Below, in pieces: positions 40,127 to 50,627 of a DNA stretch of 52,192 nt (positions are counted from its first letter, which is position 1; every line of letters begins with the position of its first letter). The stretch is from contig JBPCVY010000124.1 in the NCBI GenBank assembly GCA_051010055.1, positions 1 through 52,192 of the forward strand. Reading direction: 5' to 3'. Made by a program: the position numbers and the translations under genes. The notes beneath the pieces were generated by a model. That model searched no databases. It had not been told where the DNA came from and was given only the letters and a program-made list of their open reading frames with translations. The stretch is from Hyphomicrobiales bacterium (GTDB lineage Bacteria > Pseudomonadota > Alphaproteobacteria > Rhizobiales > CAJQND01).

Positions 40127-40378
40127 TCATCCGCCGGTGACAGGTGGGAAGAATGCCACCTCGGTAGCGCCCTTTATCTGAGCATCGAGTGGCTGATGTT
40201 GCTGATTGATCCCGGCGCGGATGGCCGAAATGTCTTCAAAGGCGAACTGGTACTCTTCGCCGCGCCCTTTTAACCAGTCTATGAGCTGGGCAACGGTTTC
40301 CACATGTTCGGGAACATCGACAGTCTCGAACGGCTTACCGACTTTTTCGCGCACCCATGCAAAATAGAGAATTTTCAT
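40127..40378 (-). CDS. moaD: Molybdopterin synthase sulfur carrier subunit
   Basis: YFAWVRE, EVAFFPPVTGG C-terminal di-Gly. Confidence 0.95.
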   Translation of the reverse strand: MKILYFAWVREKVGKPFETVDVPEHVETVAQLIDWLKGRGEEYQFAFEDISAIRAGINQQHQPLDAQIKGATEVAFFPPVTGG

Positions 40379-40384
40379 CGCGGT

Positions 40385-41005
40385 CTAGTCGTCGACGATG
40401 TGGCCAAGCCCTGCGCGGAAATAATCATACCCGGTATAAAGGGTGAGGCTAGCGGCAACCCAAAGTCCGAAAAGACCGATTTCCGTTGTGTAGGGAACAA
40501 TCTTGTCACCGGCATCGCCGGCAATCAAAAAGCCCAGAGCCACCATTTGAATTGTCGTCTTCCATTTTGCCATCAGCGTTACCGGCACAGAAACGCGCAG
40601 CTCGGCGAGAAACTCACGCAAGCCAGATACCAGTACCTCACGACATAAAATGATAAGGGCGGCCCAAAGGTGAACGCCGGAAATGGTTCCCACGGTCGCC
40701 AGCATCAACAGGGCAACTGAAATGAGCAGCTTGTCGGCAATCGGATCAAGCATACGGCCAAGATCTGACTGCTGATCCCATGCACGGGCCAGATAGCCAT
40801 CAAAGAAATCAGTGATGCAGGCCGCAACAAAAATCGCCAAAGCAAGCCACCGGGCGCTATCACCTGGATAGAAAAAGCACGCAGCCATCGCCGGCACTGC
40901 CGCAATCCGCCCGTAGGTCAGGATATTGGGCAGCGACGTCGCCGCGGCGCGAATGCTGCCGCCGGCCGCTTTGCCTTGCGTGTTATGCTCGGTCACTTCA
41001 CTCAT
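40385..41005 (-). CDS. pgsA: CDP-diacylglycerol--glycerol-3-phosphate 3-phosphatidyltransferase
   Basis: LPNILT, DFFDGYLAR...G.MLDPIADK, KWKT. Confidence 0.97.
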   Translation of the reverse strand: MSEVTEHNTQGKAAGGSIRAAATSLPNILTYGRIAAVPAMAACFFYPGDSARWLALAIFVAACITDFFDGYLARAWDQQSDLGRMLDPIADKLLISVALLMLATVGTISGVHLWAALIILCREVLVSGLREFLAELRVSVPVTLMAKWKTTIQMVALGFLIAGDAGDKIVPYTTEIGLFGLWVAASLTLYTGYDYFRAGLGHIVDD

Positions 41006-41014
41006 GTTTCCTTG

Positions 41015-42955
41015 TTAGTCTATTTGATCATGAAAGTATTTAAAAATGTGTTTGGCTAAAGCAGAAGAAATACCTTCAACAGATGACAAATCGGTTACAC
41101 TTGCCCGGCTAACCGCCCGTGCTGACCCAAAATGACGCAAAAGCGCCTTTTTCCGGCCCGGCCCGATACCGGAAATTTCGTCGAGCGGATTGGCACCAAT
41201 AGCCTTTTTGCGCCGCGCCCTGTGGCTGCCGATGGCGAATCGATGGGCCTCATCACGCAACCGCTGGATATAATAGAGCACAGGATCACGCGATTCCAAC
41301 ATGAATGGCTGCTTGCCCTGAATATAGAAATGTTCCCGCCCCGCATTTCTGTCAGGCCCCTTGGCAATACCTGCAACCGGCAAATCCTCGATGCCCAAAT
41401 CGGCAAGCACATCTTGAGCTGCTGAAAGCTGGCCCTTGCCGCCATCAATCAGAACCAGATCGGGCCATGGAGGCATGGCTTCGTGATCAGTATCTTCGCC
41501 CTTGCCGTTTCCGTTATCGCGCGAGCCCTCTTCTTTCAGCAGGCGAGAGAAGCGCCGTGTCAGCACTTCTTTCATCATCGCGAAATCATCTCCGGCGGAA
41601 ATGTCCTGGGATTTGATATTGAACTTGCGGTACTGGCTTTTCTGAAACCCTTCCGGCCCTGCAACAATCATTGCGCCGACAGCGTGCGCCCCTTGGATAT
41701 GGCTGTTGTCATAAACCTCGATGCGCCGGGGCGGCGCTTCCAGGTCAAATGTTTCGGCAACACCGTTCAAGAGTTTCGTCTGTGAGGCCGCTTCCGCCAT
41801 CCGCCTACCAAGGGCTTCACGCGCGTTCGAGGTCGCGTGCTCAACGAGGGTTCTTTTTTCACCGCGCTGGGGCACCAGGATTTTCACCTTGCGCTCTGAT
41901 TTTACCGATAGGGCATCGGCAAGCAGCGCCTGGCCGGCAATTTCCTTTGGCAGGATAATCAGTTTGGGGCACGGTTTATCGTCGTAGAACTGGGCGAGGA
42001 ATGCCTCAAGAATTTCTTCGGATGAGTGGCTTTTATCGGCGCGTGGATAGTAGGCGCGGTTACCCCAGTTCTGGCCGCTGCGGAAAAAGAAAACCTGGAT
42101 GCAGCTCTGTCCGCCCTCATCGGCAATGGCAAACACGTCAGCATCTGTAACCGATTGCGGGTTGATGCCTTGATGGGATTGAACATGGCTAAGCGCCGAA
42201 ATCCTATCTCGGTAGCGGGCAGCCTGCTCGAACTCCAACGCCTCGGCGGCCTTTTCCATCTGCCGGGCAAGGGTGTCTTTTACACGCTGGCTGCGGCCTG
42301 ACAGAAAGTCCAGCGCATCATCAACAAGTGCATTGTAGCCATCTTCCGAAATTTCACCGGTGCATGGCGCCGCGCAGCGCTTGATTTGATAAAGCAAACA
42401 AGGCCGGGTGCGGTTTTCATAAACCGAATCTGAACATGAGCGCAGCAGGAACGCCTTTTGCAACGCATTTATTGTGCGGTTCACAGCACCAGCAGAGGCA
42501 AACGGGCCGAAATACTCACCCTTATAGCTGCGCGCGCCACGGTGTTTTCTGATTTGGGCAATCTGGTGATTGCGGGCGATCAGGATGTATGGAAACGATT
42601 TGTCATCGCGCAAAAGCACATTAAACCGCGGGCGCAGTTTCTTGATGAGGTTAGCTTCCAGTAGTAGCGCTTCAGCCTCGCTGGCGGTGGTGATGAACTC
42701 CATTGAGGCGGTTTGCAAAATCATCCGCGCAATACGCGATGTGTGCCCTGCCAGCCTGGTATAGTTCAGAACCCGCTTTTTGAGATTGCGCGCCTTTCCC
42801 ACATAAAGAACATCACCCGCCTCATTGAGCATGCGGTAGACGCCAGGCTTGTTGGGCAAAGTGCGCACGAACGCAGCGATAACGTCCATGCCGCGTTCTG
42901 CCGTGCCCGGCTCGCTTAGTTCAATATCTGGCGGCGTGTTGGGATCAACAGTCAT
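41015..42955 (-). CDS. uvrC: Excinuclease ABC subunit C
   Basis: GIY-YIG (GVY..YVGKA), Cys cluster, [20 protein letters not shown], HhH. Confidence 0.98.
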   Translation of the reverse strand: MTVDPNTPPDIELSEPGTAERGMDVIAAFVRTLPNKPGVYRMLNEAGDVLYVGKARNLKKRVLNYTRLAGHTSRIARMILQTASMEFITTASEAEALLLEANLIKKLRPRFNVLLRDDKSFPYILIARNHQIAQIRKHRGARSYKGEYFGPFASAGAVNRTINALQKAFLLRSCSDSVYENRTRPCLLYQIKRCAAPCTGEISEDGYNALVDDALDFLSGRSQRVKDTLARQMEKAAEALEFEQAARYRDRISALSHVQSHQGINPQSVTDADVFAIADEGGQSCIQVFFFRSGQNWGNRAYYPRADKSHSSEEILEAFLAQFYDDKPCPKLIILPKEIAGQALLADALSVKSERKVKILVPQRGEKRTLVEHATSNAREALGRRMAEAASQTKLLNGVAETFDLEAPPRRIEVYDNSHIQGAHAVGAMIVAGPEGFQKSQYRKFNIKSQDISAGDDFAMMKEVLTRRFSRLLKEEGSRDNGNGKGEDTDHEAMPPWPDLVLIDGGKGQLSAAQDVLADLGIEDLPVAGIAKGPDRNAGREHFYIQGKQPFMLESRDPVLYYIQRLRDEAHRFAIGSHRARRKKAIGANPLDEISGIGPGRKKALLRHFGSARAVSRASVTDLSSVEGISSALAKHIFKYFHDQID

Positions 42956-43013
42956 CGTTCAACAGGTATGCGCCTGCTGGCCGAATTTTTCAAATGGGAC
43001 TTTGATGTTTCGG

Positions 43014-43424
43014 TCAGCGGGTGCGCTCAATCTCAATGCCAACGCTTGCGGCCTCTTCAACCGCGTCGGGTTTTTCAATGCGCACGCGGGCGCTCAGCAC
43101 CCGATCGTCCTCAAGGCATTTCTGCGCAATCAGTTCGGCCAGCGTTTCCACAAGGTGCACATGACCTTCGGCAACGATCGCCTTGATCTCGTTTACCACC
43201 GAGGCATAGCAAACCACATTGTTATGATCATCATTTATGGGCTTGGCGCTCTCAGGAACTGCCAGATCGATATTGACCAAAATGGTCTGCGGATAGATTT
43301 TCTCGTGCTCATAGATGCCGAGCATGGCCTTAATTTCAAGATCGCGAATGAAAACATGACGTATCCGGTTTAGCGCATTTGCGATCTGCGCCTTGCGGGC
43401 CGGTTCGGCTAACTTGGTCATCAT
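43014..43424 (-). CDS. folB: Dihydroneopterin aldolase
   Basis: LGIYEHEK..PQ, VVCY, LVETLAE, EKP. Confidence 0.9.
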   Translation of the reverse strand: MMTKLAEPARKAQIANALNRIRHVFIRDLEIKAMLGIYEHEKIYPQTILVNIDLAVPESAKPINDDHNNVVCYASVVNEIKAIVAEGHVHLVETLAELIAQKCLEDDRVLSARVRIEKPDAVEEAASVGIEIERTR

Positions 43425-43497
43425 CTTGTCTTTCGTACTTGGCCTTCAGCGGACCCTGCCCGTCCGCCGCGGTATTGTCATTAAAAATATGATGCAG

Positions 43498-44268
43498 CTA
43501 CTCATTCACATTGATGATATCAGGCGTTTGCCAAACAAGATGCTGCCCGCCGTCAAGAACGATCATCTGACCGGTAAGGGCCGGCATCGAGAGAATGAAC
43601 AATACCGCTTCGGCGATTTCCTTCGGGCTGGTGCCGCGTTTAAGCAATGTCAGGTTCTTTTGCAATTCAAAATCATCCCTATCCATGCGGATATTGGGCA
43701 AAGCGGGACCTGGACCGATGGCATTGACCCTGATGCGCGGGGCCAGCGATTGGGCAAGGGTGCGGGTAACCGTCCATAAGGCGGCTTTTGAAGCAGTATA
43801 GGAAAAGAACTTCGGATTTAGCTTCAAAACCCGTTGATCAATAATGTTGATGATATCACCGCCTGAAGTCTCTGAGAGCTGATTGGCGAAGGCCTGGGCA
43901 AGGAACAATGGTGCGCGCAGGTTGGTATTCAAGTGGCTGTCCCAACTATCCTGGGTGATCGAACCAACCTCATCTGGTTCAAACAGAGATGCGTTGTTGA
44001 TCAGACAGCCGATTTCCCCAAGACCGGCCCGGGCTTCTGCAATCAGTCTGTTTGGCACCGCCGGATCGGCCAAATCCCCTTTCACCGCCACCGCCTTCAC
44101 ACCGCAGCTAACAGCATCGCGCACAACCTCAAGCGCTTCGTCTTCCGAAGAATGATAATGCACCGCCACGTCCCACCCCTCGGCGGCGAGATCTAGGGCA
44201 ATGCGCCGGCCTATGCGCTTGGCCGCGCCGGTAATAAGGGCCCTGGTTGGGGTGATCGGATCGGTCAT
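43498..44268 (-). CDS. SDR oxidoreductase, pteridine reductase/FolM-like
   Basis: TGAAKRIG, HYHSS, NNASLF, YTASK, RVNAIGPG. Confidence 0.9.
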   Translation of the reverse strand: MTDPITPTRALITGAAKRIGRRIALDLAAEGWDVAVHYHSSEDEALEVVRDAVSCGVKAVAVKGDLADPAVPNRLIAEARAGLGEIGCLINNASLFEPDEVGSITQDSWDSHLNTNLRAPLFLAQAFANQLSETSGGDIINIIDQRVLKLNPKFFSYTASKAALWTVTRTLAQSLAPRIRVNAIGPGPALPNIRMDRDDFELQKNLTLLKRGTSPKEIAEAVLFILSMPALTGQMIVLDGGQHLVWQTPDIINVNE

Positions 44269-44366
44269 TTCGGTCTCTTCTCATCGTGGCGAGCGGTGCG
44301 CGCAAATTTCTGTCTACACCAATATAACTTGAGGAAATGCCTGTAGAAACTGAACGTTACACAACG

Positions 44367-45206
44367 TCACTGTGTTTTTTGGGCAATCCAGAATGTCATT
44401 TGTCCGATTTGCTGGCGCATCTCATCGTGATTTGCCAGCCACTGATCCGCCTCGCCTGTGGCAATCAGCTCTTCCACCGATGCCATCGCCAGTTCCAGCT
44501 CTTCAGTTTTTGCGCTCGACCACATGGAATCCCCGGCCCGCCAATCTTCCCGGAAAATGCCCGACATATCGAAATAGGCATCTCCCTGCATAACTGCATT
44601 TACCGGCACATGGCGGCCAACCACAGAAAACCCGTTCTCCAGAAGCATCTGGGAAACCATGGCGGACGGGGCAATGCGTGCCCGCACATCCTCAAAAGCG
44701 CGGGGGATAAAATCGTTGTACCAAAAGCCTTTAGTGAGTTGTTTGTGGGAACAGGCGTTCAGCAAAAATACCCCGTTTGGCTTTAAAACCCGGGTAACTT
44801 CCGTAATGGCTGCCCGGTGGCCGTTATGGGCGGCATCCTTGCCATCTCCCAGGTGATGCAGCACCTGGTTGATCATCACCGTATCGAAAGTTTCAGCCTC
44901 AAACGGCAGCGCGAGAATGGAGCCCCGTTCCAGCTTGACCGTCTCCGACGCAATCCCATCAGCAAGTTTGCCGCTGGCTTTGGCCAGCATGCCTTCGTTG
45001 TAATCAATGCCGTTAATCTTGCCCACATGGGGGTGGAGGGCCGCAGAGTAGTTGCCCGTGCCACAACCTGCATCAAGCAGCCGGACGTCGCTCAATTTCG
45101 CCGGTGCAAAGCGTTCCAGCGCTCCAAGCCAGATTTCATACGCAACCGCCTGCCGGGTCAGGTCATAATCCGGCGCCGCCTTGCCGTAGTCGTTGTAGGA
45201 GCTCAT
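44367..45206 (-). CDS. Class I SAM-dependent methyltransferase
   Basis: LDAGCGTG, LPFEAETFD, RVLKPNG; ATG 45206 overlaps the upstream stop. Confidence 0.9.
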   Translation of the reverse strand: MSSYNDYGKAAPDYDLTRQAVAYEIWLGALERFAPAKLSDVRLLDAGCGTGNYSAALHPHVGKINGIDYNEGMLAKASGKLADGIASETVKLERGSILALPFEAETFDTVMINQVLHHLGDGKDAAHNGHRAAITEVTRVLKPNGVFLLNACSHKQLTKGFWYNDFIPRAFEDVRARIAPSAMVSQMLLENGFSVVGRHVPVNAVMQGDAYFDMSGIFREDWRAGDSMWSSAKTEELELAMASVEELIATGEADQWLANHDEMRQQIGQMTFWIAQKTQ

Positions 45207-46282
45207 TGCGCGGCTGGCTGGTAAATTACCTGCCAGTTTTCCGCTGGCAGAGGGGCTGCACAATCTTTCCATGCCACAACCCGTTGCATTACAAAATTTC
45301 CATCGCGCCATTCCCATTCCGACAGGGTGCCGCACCCTTCCGATCCTTCTGCTTTGAAGCGGCTCGACAGAATGCCGCTTTCCTTATCGAACGCGGCGTT
45401 GACCAGCCTGTCCGTGCCGGTCCAACCGAGTGTTTCGTTATGTACGGCGAAAAGCATGGCATCGGCACGGCGTCCTTTCTCGACCAGATAAATCCGCGAT
45501 GCCGGATTGTTCGTTCCAGGTGTGCAGGGAACAATGAACATGCTCAGCCCCTCACCCAGATCAAAACGACGCGAATGGTTTTGTGGCGATGGCCGCCCAA
45601 CCCAGCCCTCGCAAGCTTCCACCTGGCCTTGCAGCGCCATAATTGCCGGTGGCAGCTGCAGCGGCGTAATCCCGTCTGCATCCCCTTCTTCCTGTTTAGC
45701 GTTTTCCATCGGAGGCGGTCCCACAGCGCTCTCATTTGCAGCACGGATCTGATCTTTGTTGATCCATTTCAGTGCTGCGCTCATTCCCCGGAGCGAAAAA
45801 TTCGCTGTATGGGTCTCACCGCGGTCATCGCGGAAGGAAATGGACATTTGTGATCCAGCCTTCATGGCTGGAAACAGTTTGTCGAGCATGGCTTGATCGG
45901 TGAAGAAGTATTCGTTTTTGCTGCCGATTGTCATGTAGCCAGCGCCCGGTGCAAGGGCAAAGGCTGGCCCGCCAACAACCCGCACGTTCAAAAGCTCGCC
46001 CTTTGCCGGCATATCATCAATTGCCGTGAAGGAAATCACGAACTGGGAGAAGTCGCCCCCTTCACGTCCAACCCGCAGAACATAGGCCTCACCGAATGCG
46101 CCGGAGCCCGGGCGCACGTATGCTGTTGCAGAACAATATGTGTCTTCCCGGCAGGCGGCCAGCCAATCACGAAAATACTCACGTCTTTCGCCGAAGGGAG
46201 GATCTTCTGCGGTTTGTGTCTGGGCAAGTGCCGAAACGGCAAACGAAAGCAGGATACCAACTGTTAAAATTAACGCACGCAT
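45203..46282 (-). CDS. Secreted DUF1176-like protein
   Basis: Signal peptide, FRDWLAAC..D..C, FSLRGMSAALKWI, C-terminal CG....W.W.G..F. Confidence 0.7.
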   Translation of the reverse strand: MRALILTVGILLSFAVSALAQTQTAEDPPFGERREYFRDWLAACREDTYCSATAYVRPGSGAFGEAYVLRVGREGGDFSQFVISFTAIDDMPAKGELLNVRVVGGPAFALAPGAGYMTIGSKNEYFFTDQAMLDKLFPAMKAGSQMSISFRDDRGETHTANFSLRGMSAALKWINKDQIRAANESAVGPPPMENAKQEEGDADGITPLQLPPAIMALQGQVEACEGWVGRPSPQNHSRRFDLGEGLSMFIVPCTPGTNNPASRIYLVEKGRRADAMLFAVHNETLGWTGTDRLVNAAFDKESGILSSRFKAEGSEGCGTLSEWEWRDGNFVMQRVVAWKDCAAPLPAENWQVIYQPAAQ

Positions 46283-46362
46283 CTGATGTATTCGGTACTA
46301 CTCTTGCAAGGGGCCAACAAGAACGAGCGCTCAGCTTAGAGCATAATTTTGACAGTTGTAAA

Positions 46363-48681
46363 TTATTTCAAGTTCGCAGCCCGCCACACTTTTTCCGGCG
46401 TCAAAGGCATATCAATGTGCGTAACGCCCTCAGTTTTCAAGGCATCGCAAATGGCATTGACGATCGCGGACGGAGCACCAGTTGCACCTGCCTCTCCCGC
46501 CCCCTTGACCCCAAGCGGGTTGGTGGCCGTTGGCACATTTTCGTTGAGGCTCACATCAAGAGCGCAAATATCATCTGCCCGGGGCATGGTGTAGTCCATG
46601 AAACTGCCGGTGAGCGGCTGCCCGCTTTCATGGTCATAAACAACCCCTTCAAGCAGCGCCTGGCCGATGCCCTGAACCGTACCGCCCAATATCTGGCCTG
46701 TTGCGATCATCGGATTTATAATCCGGCCGAAATCGTCGACCACCGCATATTGCATCAACTCGACGGCGCCGGTTTCCGGATCAACCTCAACCTCGACAAT
46801 GTGGCAGCCGTTGGGATAATTGAAGGCTTCGCGTTCATAGCGCGAGAAAGTGGAAAGGCTCGCCGGGACGTTTTCCGGCACGTCATCTTTCTCCGCAATC
46901 GCCCGCTGCAACTCCAGGACAGAAATTGATTTGTTGGTGCCCTTTACCGAAAACAGCCCTTCGGCAAATACAACTTCATCGTCGTCCACATCAAACAGAT
47001 GGGCTGCGGCGGCCCGGCCCTTGGCTATGATTTCGCCAGCAGCCACTTTGAGTGCATTTCCGCAGGTCGCCAGCGATCGTGAACCGCCATGCCCGTAGCC
47101 TTCTCTGATAATTCCGGTATCGCCCTGCATGTAGCAGATTTTGGCCGGATCAATGCCCAACTCAGAATGCACAAGTTGTGTGTAGGCGGTTTCATGGCCC
47201 TGGCCCGTTGACTGGGTACCCACCAGTAGGGTCACGCCGTCATCATCATCGAACCTCACCTCAGCGCCTTCAACCGGCCCGCCCAGCGTGATCTCCAGAT
47301 AGGTAGAGTAACCTAGCCCGCGGCGGCGGCCGTGCGCCTCCGATTGCGCCTTGCGGGCTGCAAAACCCGCTACATCGATTTTGGTGGAGGCCATATCTAG
47401 ATTTTGTTCAAACTCCCCGCAATCGACGGTCATGCCCAGGGCCGTTTTGGCGGGGAACGTTGTTATGAAATTTTTGCGGCGGAGTTCAAGGCGGTCAAAT
47501 CCGGTCTGGTCAGCGGCAACATCAATGATGCGTTCGATAATGTATGACGCTTCCGGCCTTCCCGCGCCTCGATAAGCGTCAAGCGGCACAGTGTTGGTAA
47601 ATGCTGCACGCACCTGCATATGGGCGTTGGGAATAGCGTAGGCTCCCCCTTGAACAACCCAACTCGCGCTGGTGGGAATAATCGTGCCGAAGCTTGACAG
47701 ATAAGCGCCCATATTGGCGATGGTGTCGACTTTCAGAGCGGTGAACTTGCCGTCAGCGTCCAGGGCAAGGGTTGCCTTGGTAACATGATCACGGGCATGG
47801 ATTTCAATCAGAAAATTCTCGCTTCTGCTGGCAATCCATTTTACCGGACGACCGAGTTCGCGGGCTGCCCAAATGCACAGAACGTTTTCGGGATAAACAA
47901 AGTTTTTCGCACCAAACCCACCACCAACATCGGGCGCGTGAACACGGATTTTCTCAAGCGGCACATTGAAAATGGCCTCTGCCATTTGCTGACGTTGTGC
48001 ATGCACAGCCTGGCCGGACACATGCAGCACATATTGCTCATTGCCCCGGTCCCACTCTCCCACGGCCCCGCGCGGTTCAACCGCTGCCGGCGCCAACCGG
48101 TTGTTGATGAGATCGAGCTCCACAACATGGAGAGCTTCGGCGATTGCTGCATCGGTGGCCGCGAGTTCGCCCTTGGAAAAGGTGTAGCAAAGGTTTGAAC
48201 CGAACTGAGGCCAAATTACCGGCACATCTTCGTCAAACACCCGCGCAAGGTCCGTATTGTGCCTGAGTGGTTCGAAATCAACATCGATGAGTTCGGCTGC
48301 ATCTTGCGCCGCCTTCCGGCTTTCAGCGACCACGAAGGCAATCGGATCGCCCACAAAGCGCACGGTATCTTCAGCCAATGCATGGCGTGGGGGATGGTTC
48401 ACGCCATGTTCGTCCAGCCCGTCAATTGCGGTGAGGGTAGGAAACGGGCCGTTTCCTGATTTCGCATAATCAGCGCCTGTGAAAACGGCGATAACCCCCG
48501 GTGCGGCCTTTGCCTCTTCCGTATCGATTGAAAGGATGCGGGCATGGGCATAAGGCGAGCGCAATACAGCCGCATGGGCGAGATTTTCAAACTGCAAGTC
48601 ATCAATGAAGGAGCCGACGCCGGTTAAAAAGCGTTCATCTTCGCGGCGGCGCACGGCCTGGCCCACACCAAATTTTTCCAT
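46363..48681 (-). CDS. Xanthine dehydrogenase-family molybdopterin-binding large subunit (form II CoxL-like)
   Basis: RREDERFLTG, DVGGGFG.K, AYRGAGRPEA, GQGHET, KGAGEAG. Confidence 0.93.
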   Translation of the reverse strand: MEKFGVGQAVRRREDERFLTGVGSFIDDLQFENLAHAAVLRSPYAHARILSIDTEEAKAAPGVIAVFTGADYAKSGNGPFPTLTAIDGLDEHGVNHPPRHALAEDTVRFVGDPIAFVVAESRKAAQDAAELIDVDFEPLRHNTDLARVFDEDVPVIWPQFGSNLCYTFSKGELAATDAAIAEALHVVELDLINNRLAPAAVEPRGAVGEWDRGNEQYVLHVSGQAVHAQRQQMAEAIFNVPLEKIRVHAPDVGGGFGAKNFVYPENVLCIWAARELGRPVKWIASRSENFLIEIHARDHVTKATLALDADGKFTALKVDTIANMGAYLSSFGTIIPTSASWVVQGGAYAIPNAHMQVRAAFTNTVPLDAYRGAGRPEASYIIERIIDVAADQTGFDRLELRRKNFITTFPAKTALGMTVDCGEFEQNLDMASTKIDVAGFAARKAQSEAHGRRRGLGYSTYLEITLGGPVEGAEVRFDDDDGVTLLVGTQSTGQGHETAYTQLVHSELGIDPAKICYMQGDTGIIREGYGHGGSRSLATCGNALKVAAGEIIAKGRAAAAHLFDVDDDEVVFAEGLFSVKGTNKSISVLELQRAIAEKDDVPENVPASLSTFSRYEREAFNYPNGCHIVEVEVDPETGAVELMQYAVVDDFGRIINPMIATGQILGGTVQGIGQALLEGVVYDHESGQPLTGSFMDYTMPRADDICALDVSLNENVPTATNPLGVKGAGEAGATGAPSAIVNAICDALKTEGVTHIDMPLTPEKVWRAANLK

Positions 48682-48699
48682 GATGGATTCGCTCTCCGG

Positions 48700-49947
48700 T
48701 TAGGACATATTCCTCAGACGCTTCAGGAGGTCATCGCGGGAGGCGGTAAAACCACCCGCCACCCACCAATCTTCAATGGTTTGCAGAATTTCGCCCAAGC
48801 GGGGCCCTTCTTCAATACCATTTTCAAGCAAATCTTCTCCTGAGAGCGGAAATTCAGGCTGCACCCAACTGCCGGCCAGATTGAGCAGGCCGAACCAATC
48901 AGCATTGTTCGCAGGCGCATCAGAACATGCCCAGCTGGCAAGAATAGAATCTGAAAACGTTTGCGCGCCGAACCAATAAAGGAGCCGTTCACGCTCTTCT
49001 ACGCGGAAATTAGGCGTAACTTGCGGGGCCGAACGGAGGTTTCTCAAGCGAACGGTTTCGGAATTGGTGAGCACGAATGCTTCGCGGGCCTCGCTTGCGC
49101 CAACCTGTCCGTAAAGAACTGCAAGACGCAAAAGCGCGTCAGAGCACCCTTTTCGTGCAGCATCTATTTCTCCCAGTTTTTCAAGCGCCTGAACGGAGAT
49201 TTTACCGTTCAGAACGTGTTCAAGAACGCCATCATCGTTCATCAGATGAATTGTCGCCGGTCCGCCCTTTGCCGCGAGAAGTTTGAAAAATTCCTGGCGG
49301 ATACGCTCACGCGAGAGACCATCGAGCTCTGAGCGGGCCTGTCTACATGCCGCGCGGGCATTTTCTTCAGGTTGCCCCTTTCCAAAGCGGGCGTGGAACC
49401 GGAAAAACCTCAGGATTCTCAGATAATCTTCCTTGATACGATGCGCCGGGTTGCCAACAAACCTCACCGTGCGGGTTACGATGTCGCCATAGCCGCCTAC
49501 GGGATCGAAAACCGTTCCATCAGCGCCACAATAAAGCGCGTTCATCGTGAAATCGCGGCGGCGTGCATCCGCCTCCCAATCAGACGTAAAAGCCACCTTG
49601 GCGTGACGCCCGTAGGTTTCTTCATCAACCCTGAGGGTTGTTACCTCATAAGGTACGTGCGCGCCTTCCGGCCCAGACACAAGGGTCACCGAGCCATGGT
49701 CGATGCCGGTTGGATGAGCGCCAAGCCCTGCCTTTTTGCCCGCCTCCATAACCGCTTCTGGCGAGAGCGTTGTCGCAATGTCTATATCGCCTGCCGGCTC
49801 ACCCAACAGCGCATCACGCACGCACCCGCCGACAGCGCGCGCCTCGCCGCCTGCGGCCTCAAGCGCCTTTACAACCGCCTGAAAGCGCGCATCTTCCAGC
49901 CAGTCCCGGCCGGCCAGCGAGGGGAGTTTCTGAGGGTCAGCACCCAC
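48700..49947 (-). CDS. cca: CCA tRNA nucleotidyltransferase
   Basis: VGGCVRD, DIDIAT, RRDFTMNAL, EDYLRILRFFRF. Confidence 0.94.
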   Translation of the reverse strand: MGADPQKLPSLAGRDWLEDARFQAVVKALEAAGGEARAVGGCVRDALLGEPAGDIDIATTLSPEAVMEAGKKAGLGAHPTGIDHGSVTLVSGPEGAHVPYEVTTLRVDEETYGRHAKVAFTSDWEADARRRDFTMNALYCGADGTVFDPVGGYGDIVTRTVRFVGNPAHRIKEDYLRILRFFRFHARFGKGQPEENARAACRQARSELDGLSRERIRQEFFKLLAAKGGPATIHLMNDDGVLEHVLNGKISVQALEKLGEIDAARKGCSDALLRLAVLYGQVGASEAREAFVLTNSETVRLRNLRSAPQVTPNFRVEERERLLYWFGAQTFSDSILASWACSDAPANNADWFGLLNLAGSWVQPEFPLSGEDLLENGIEEGPRLGEILQTIEDWWVAGGFTASRDDLLKRLRNMS

Positions 49948-49952
49948 AACAG

Positions 49953-50618
49953 CTATACTTTCTCATGTTCAGGCGCATAAACGCGGTCGTAAAAATTTCG
50001 CAACATGCCCGCAGTAGCACCCCAGATGTATCTGTCGCCATAGGGCATCGCATAAAACCAGCGCTTTTTGCCCTGCCACTCCCGGCCATGGCGCAAATGA
50101 TTGGCCGGGTTCATGAGGAACCCCAGCGGCACTTCGAAAATATCTGCAACCTCGCCCGGTTCGGGAATTGCGGTGAATCCCGGCTCAATAAGGGCAACAA
50201 CCGGACAGATTCTGTAGCCGGTCCGGGTCTGGTAGACATCGAGAAACCCTACCGGTTCGATGAATTCGTGGGCAACGCCGGTTTCTTCTTCTGTTTCGCG
50301 AAGCGCAGCAGCGACTGGGCCTTCATCGGTTTCATCTATTTTTCCACCGGGAAAGGCCACCTGGCCCGGATGGCTCGGCAAATGTTCCGTGCGCTGGGTC
50401 AAAAGCACCGTCAGTTCCGGCTTGCGTTTTACCAGGGGCACCAGAACGGCGGCGGGTTTTTGCTCCGCCTCCCCATCAAATGTTGACCCCAGCGAGCGGT
50501 TCAAATCATCATCAGAGCGCAAGGCCGGTTTGGAAAAATCAATCGCCTCCAGGGGCACATTGGCTATCAGCCTGCGCGCTGCCAGCTCGCGAAATTCATT
50601 TGTCGAAAAGGTTAACAA
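49953..50618 (-). CDS. CoA pyrophosphatase (Nudix)
   Basis: LLTQR...HPGQVAFPGG, ALRETEEETG, IWGATAG. Confidence 0.94.
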   Translation of the reverse strand: MLTFSTNEFRELAARRLIANVPLEAIDFSKPALRSDDDLNRSLGSTFDGEAEQKPAAVLVPLVKRKPELTVLLTQRTEHLPSHPGQVAFPGGKIDETDEGPVAAALRETEEETGVAHEFIEPVGFLDVYQTRTGYRICPVVALIEPGFTAIPEPGEVADIFEVPLGFLMNPANHLRHGREWQGKKRWFYAMPYGDRYIWGATAGMLRNFYDRVYAPEHEKV

Positions 50619-50627
50619 GCTTGGTTC

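Noticed and set aside
46363-48681. Aerobic CO dehydrogenase (CO oxidation capacity)
   Set aside because: It lacks the form I AYXCSFR motif and adjacent coxM/coxS genes.
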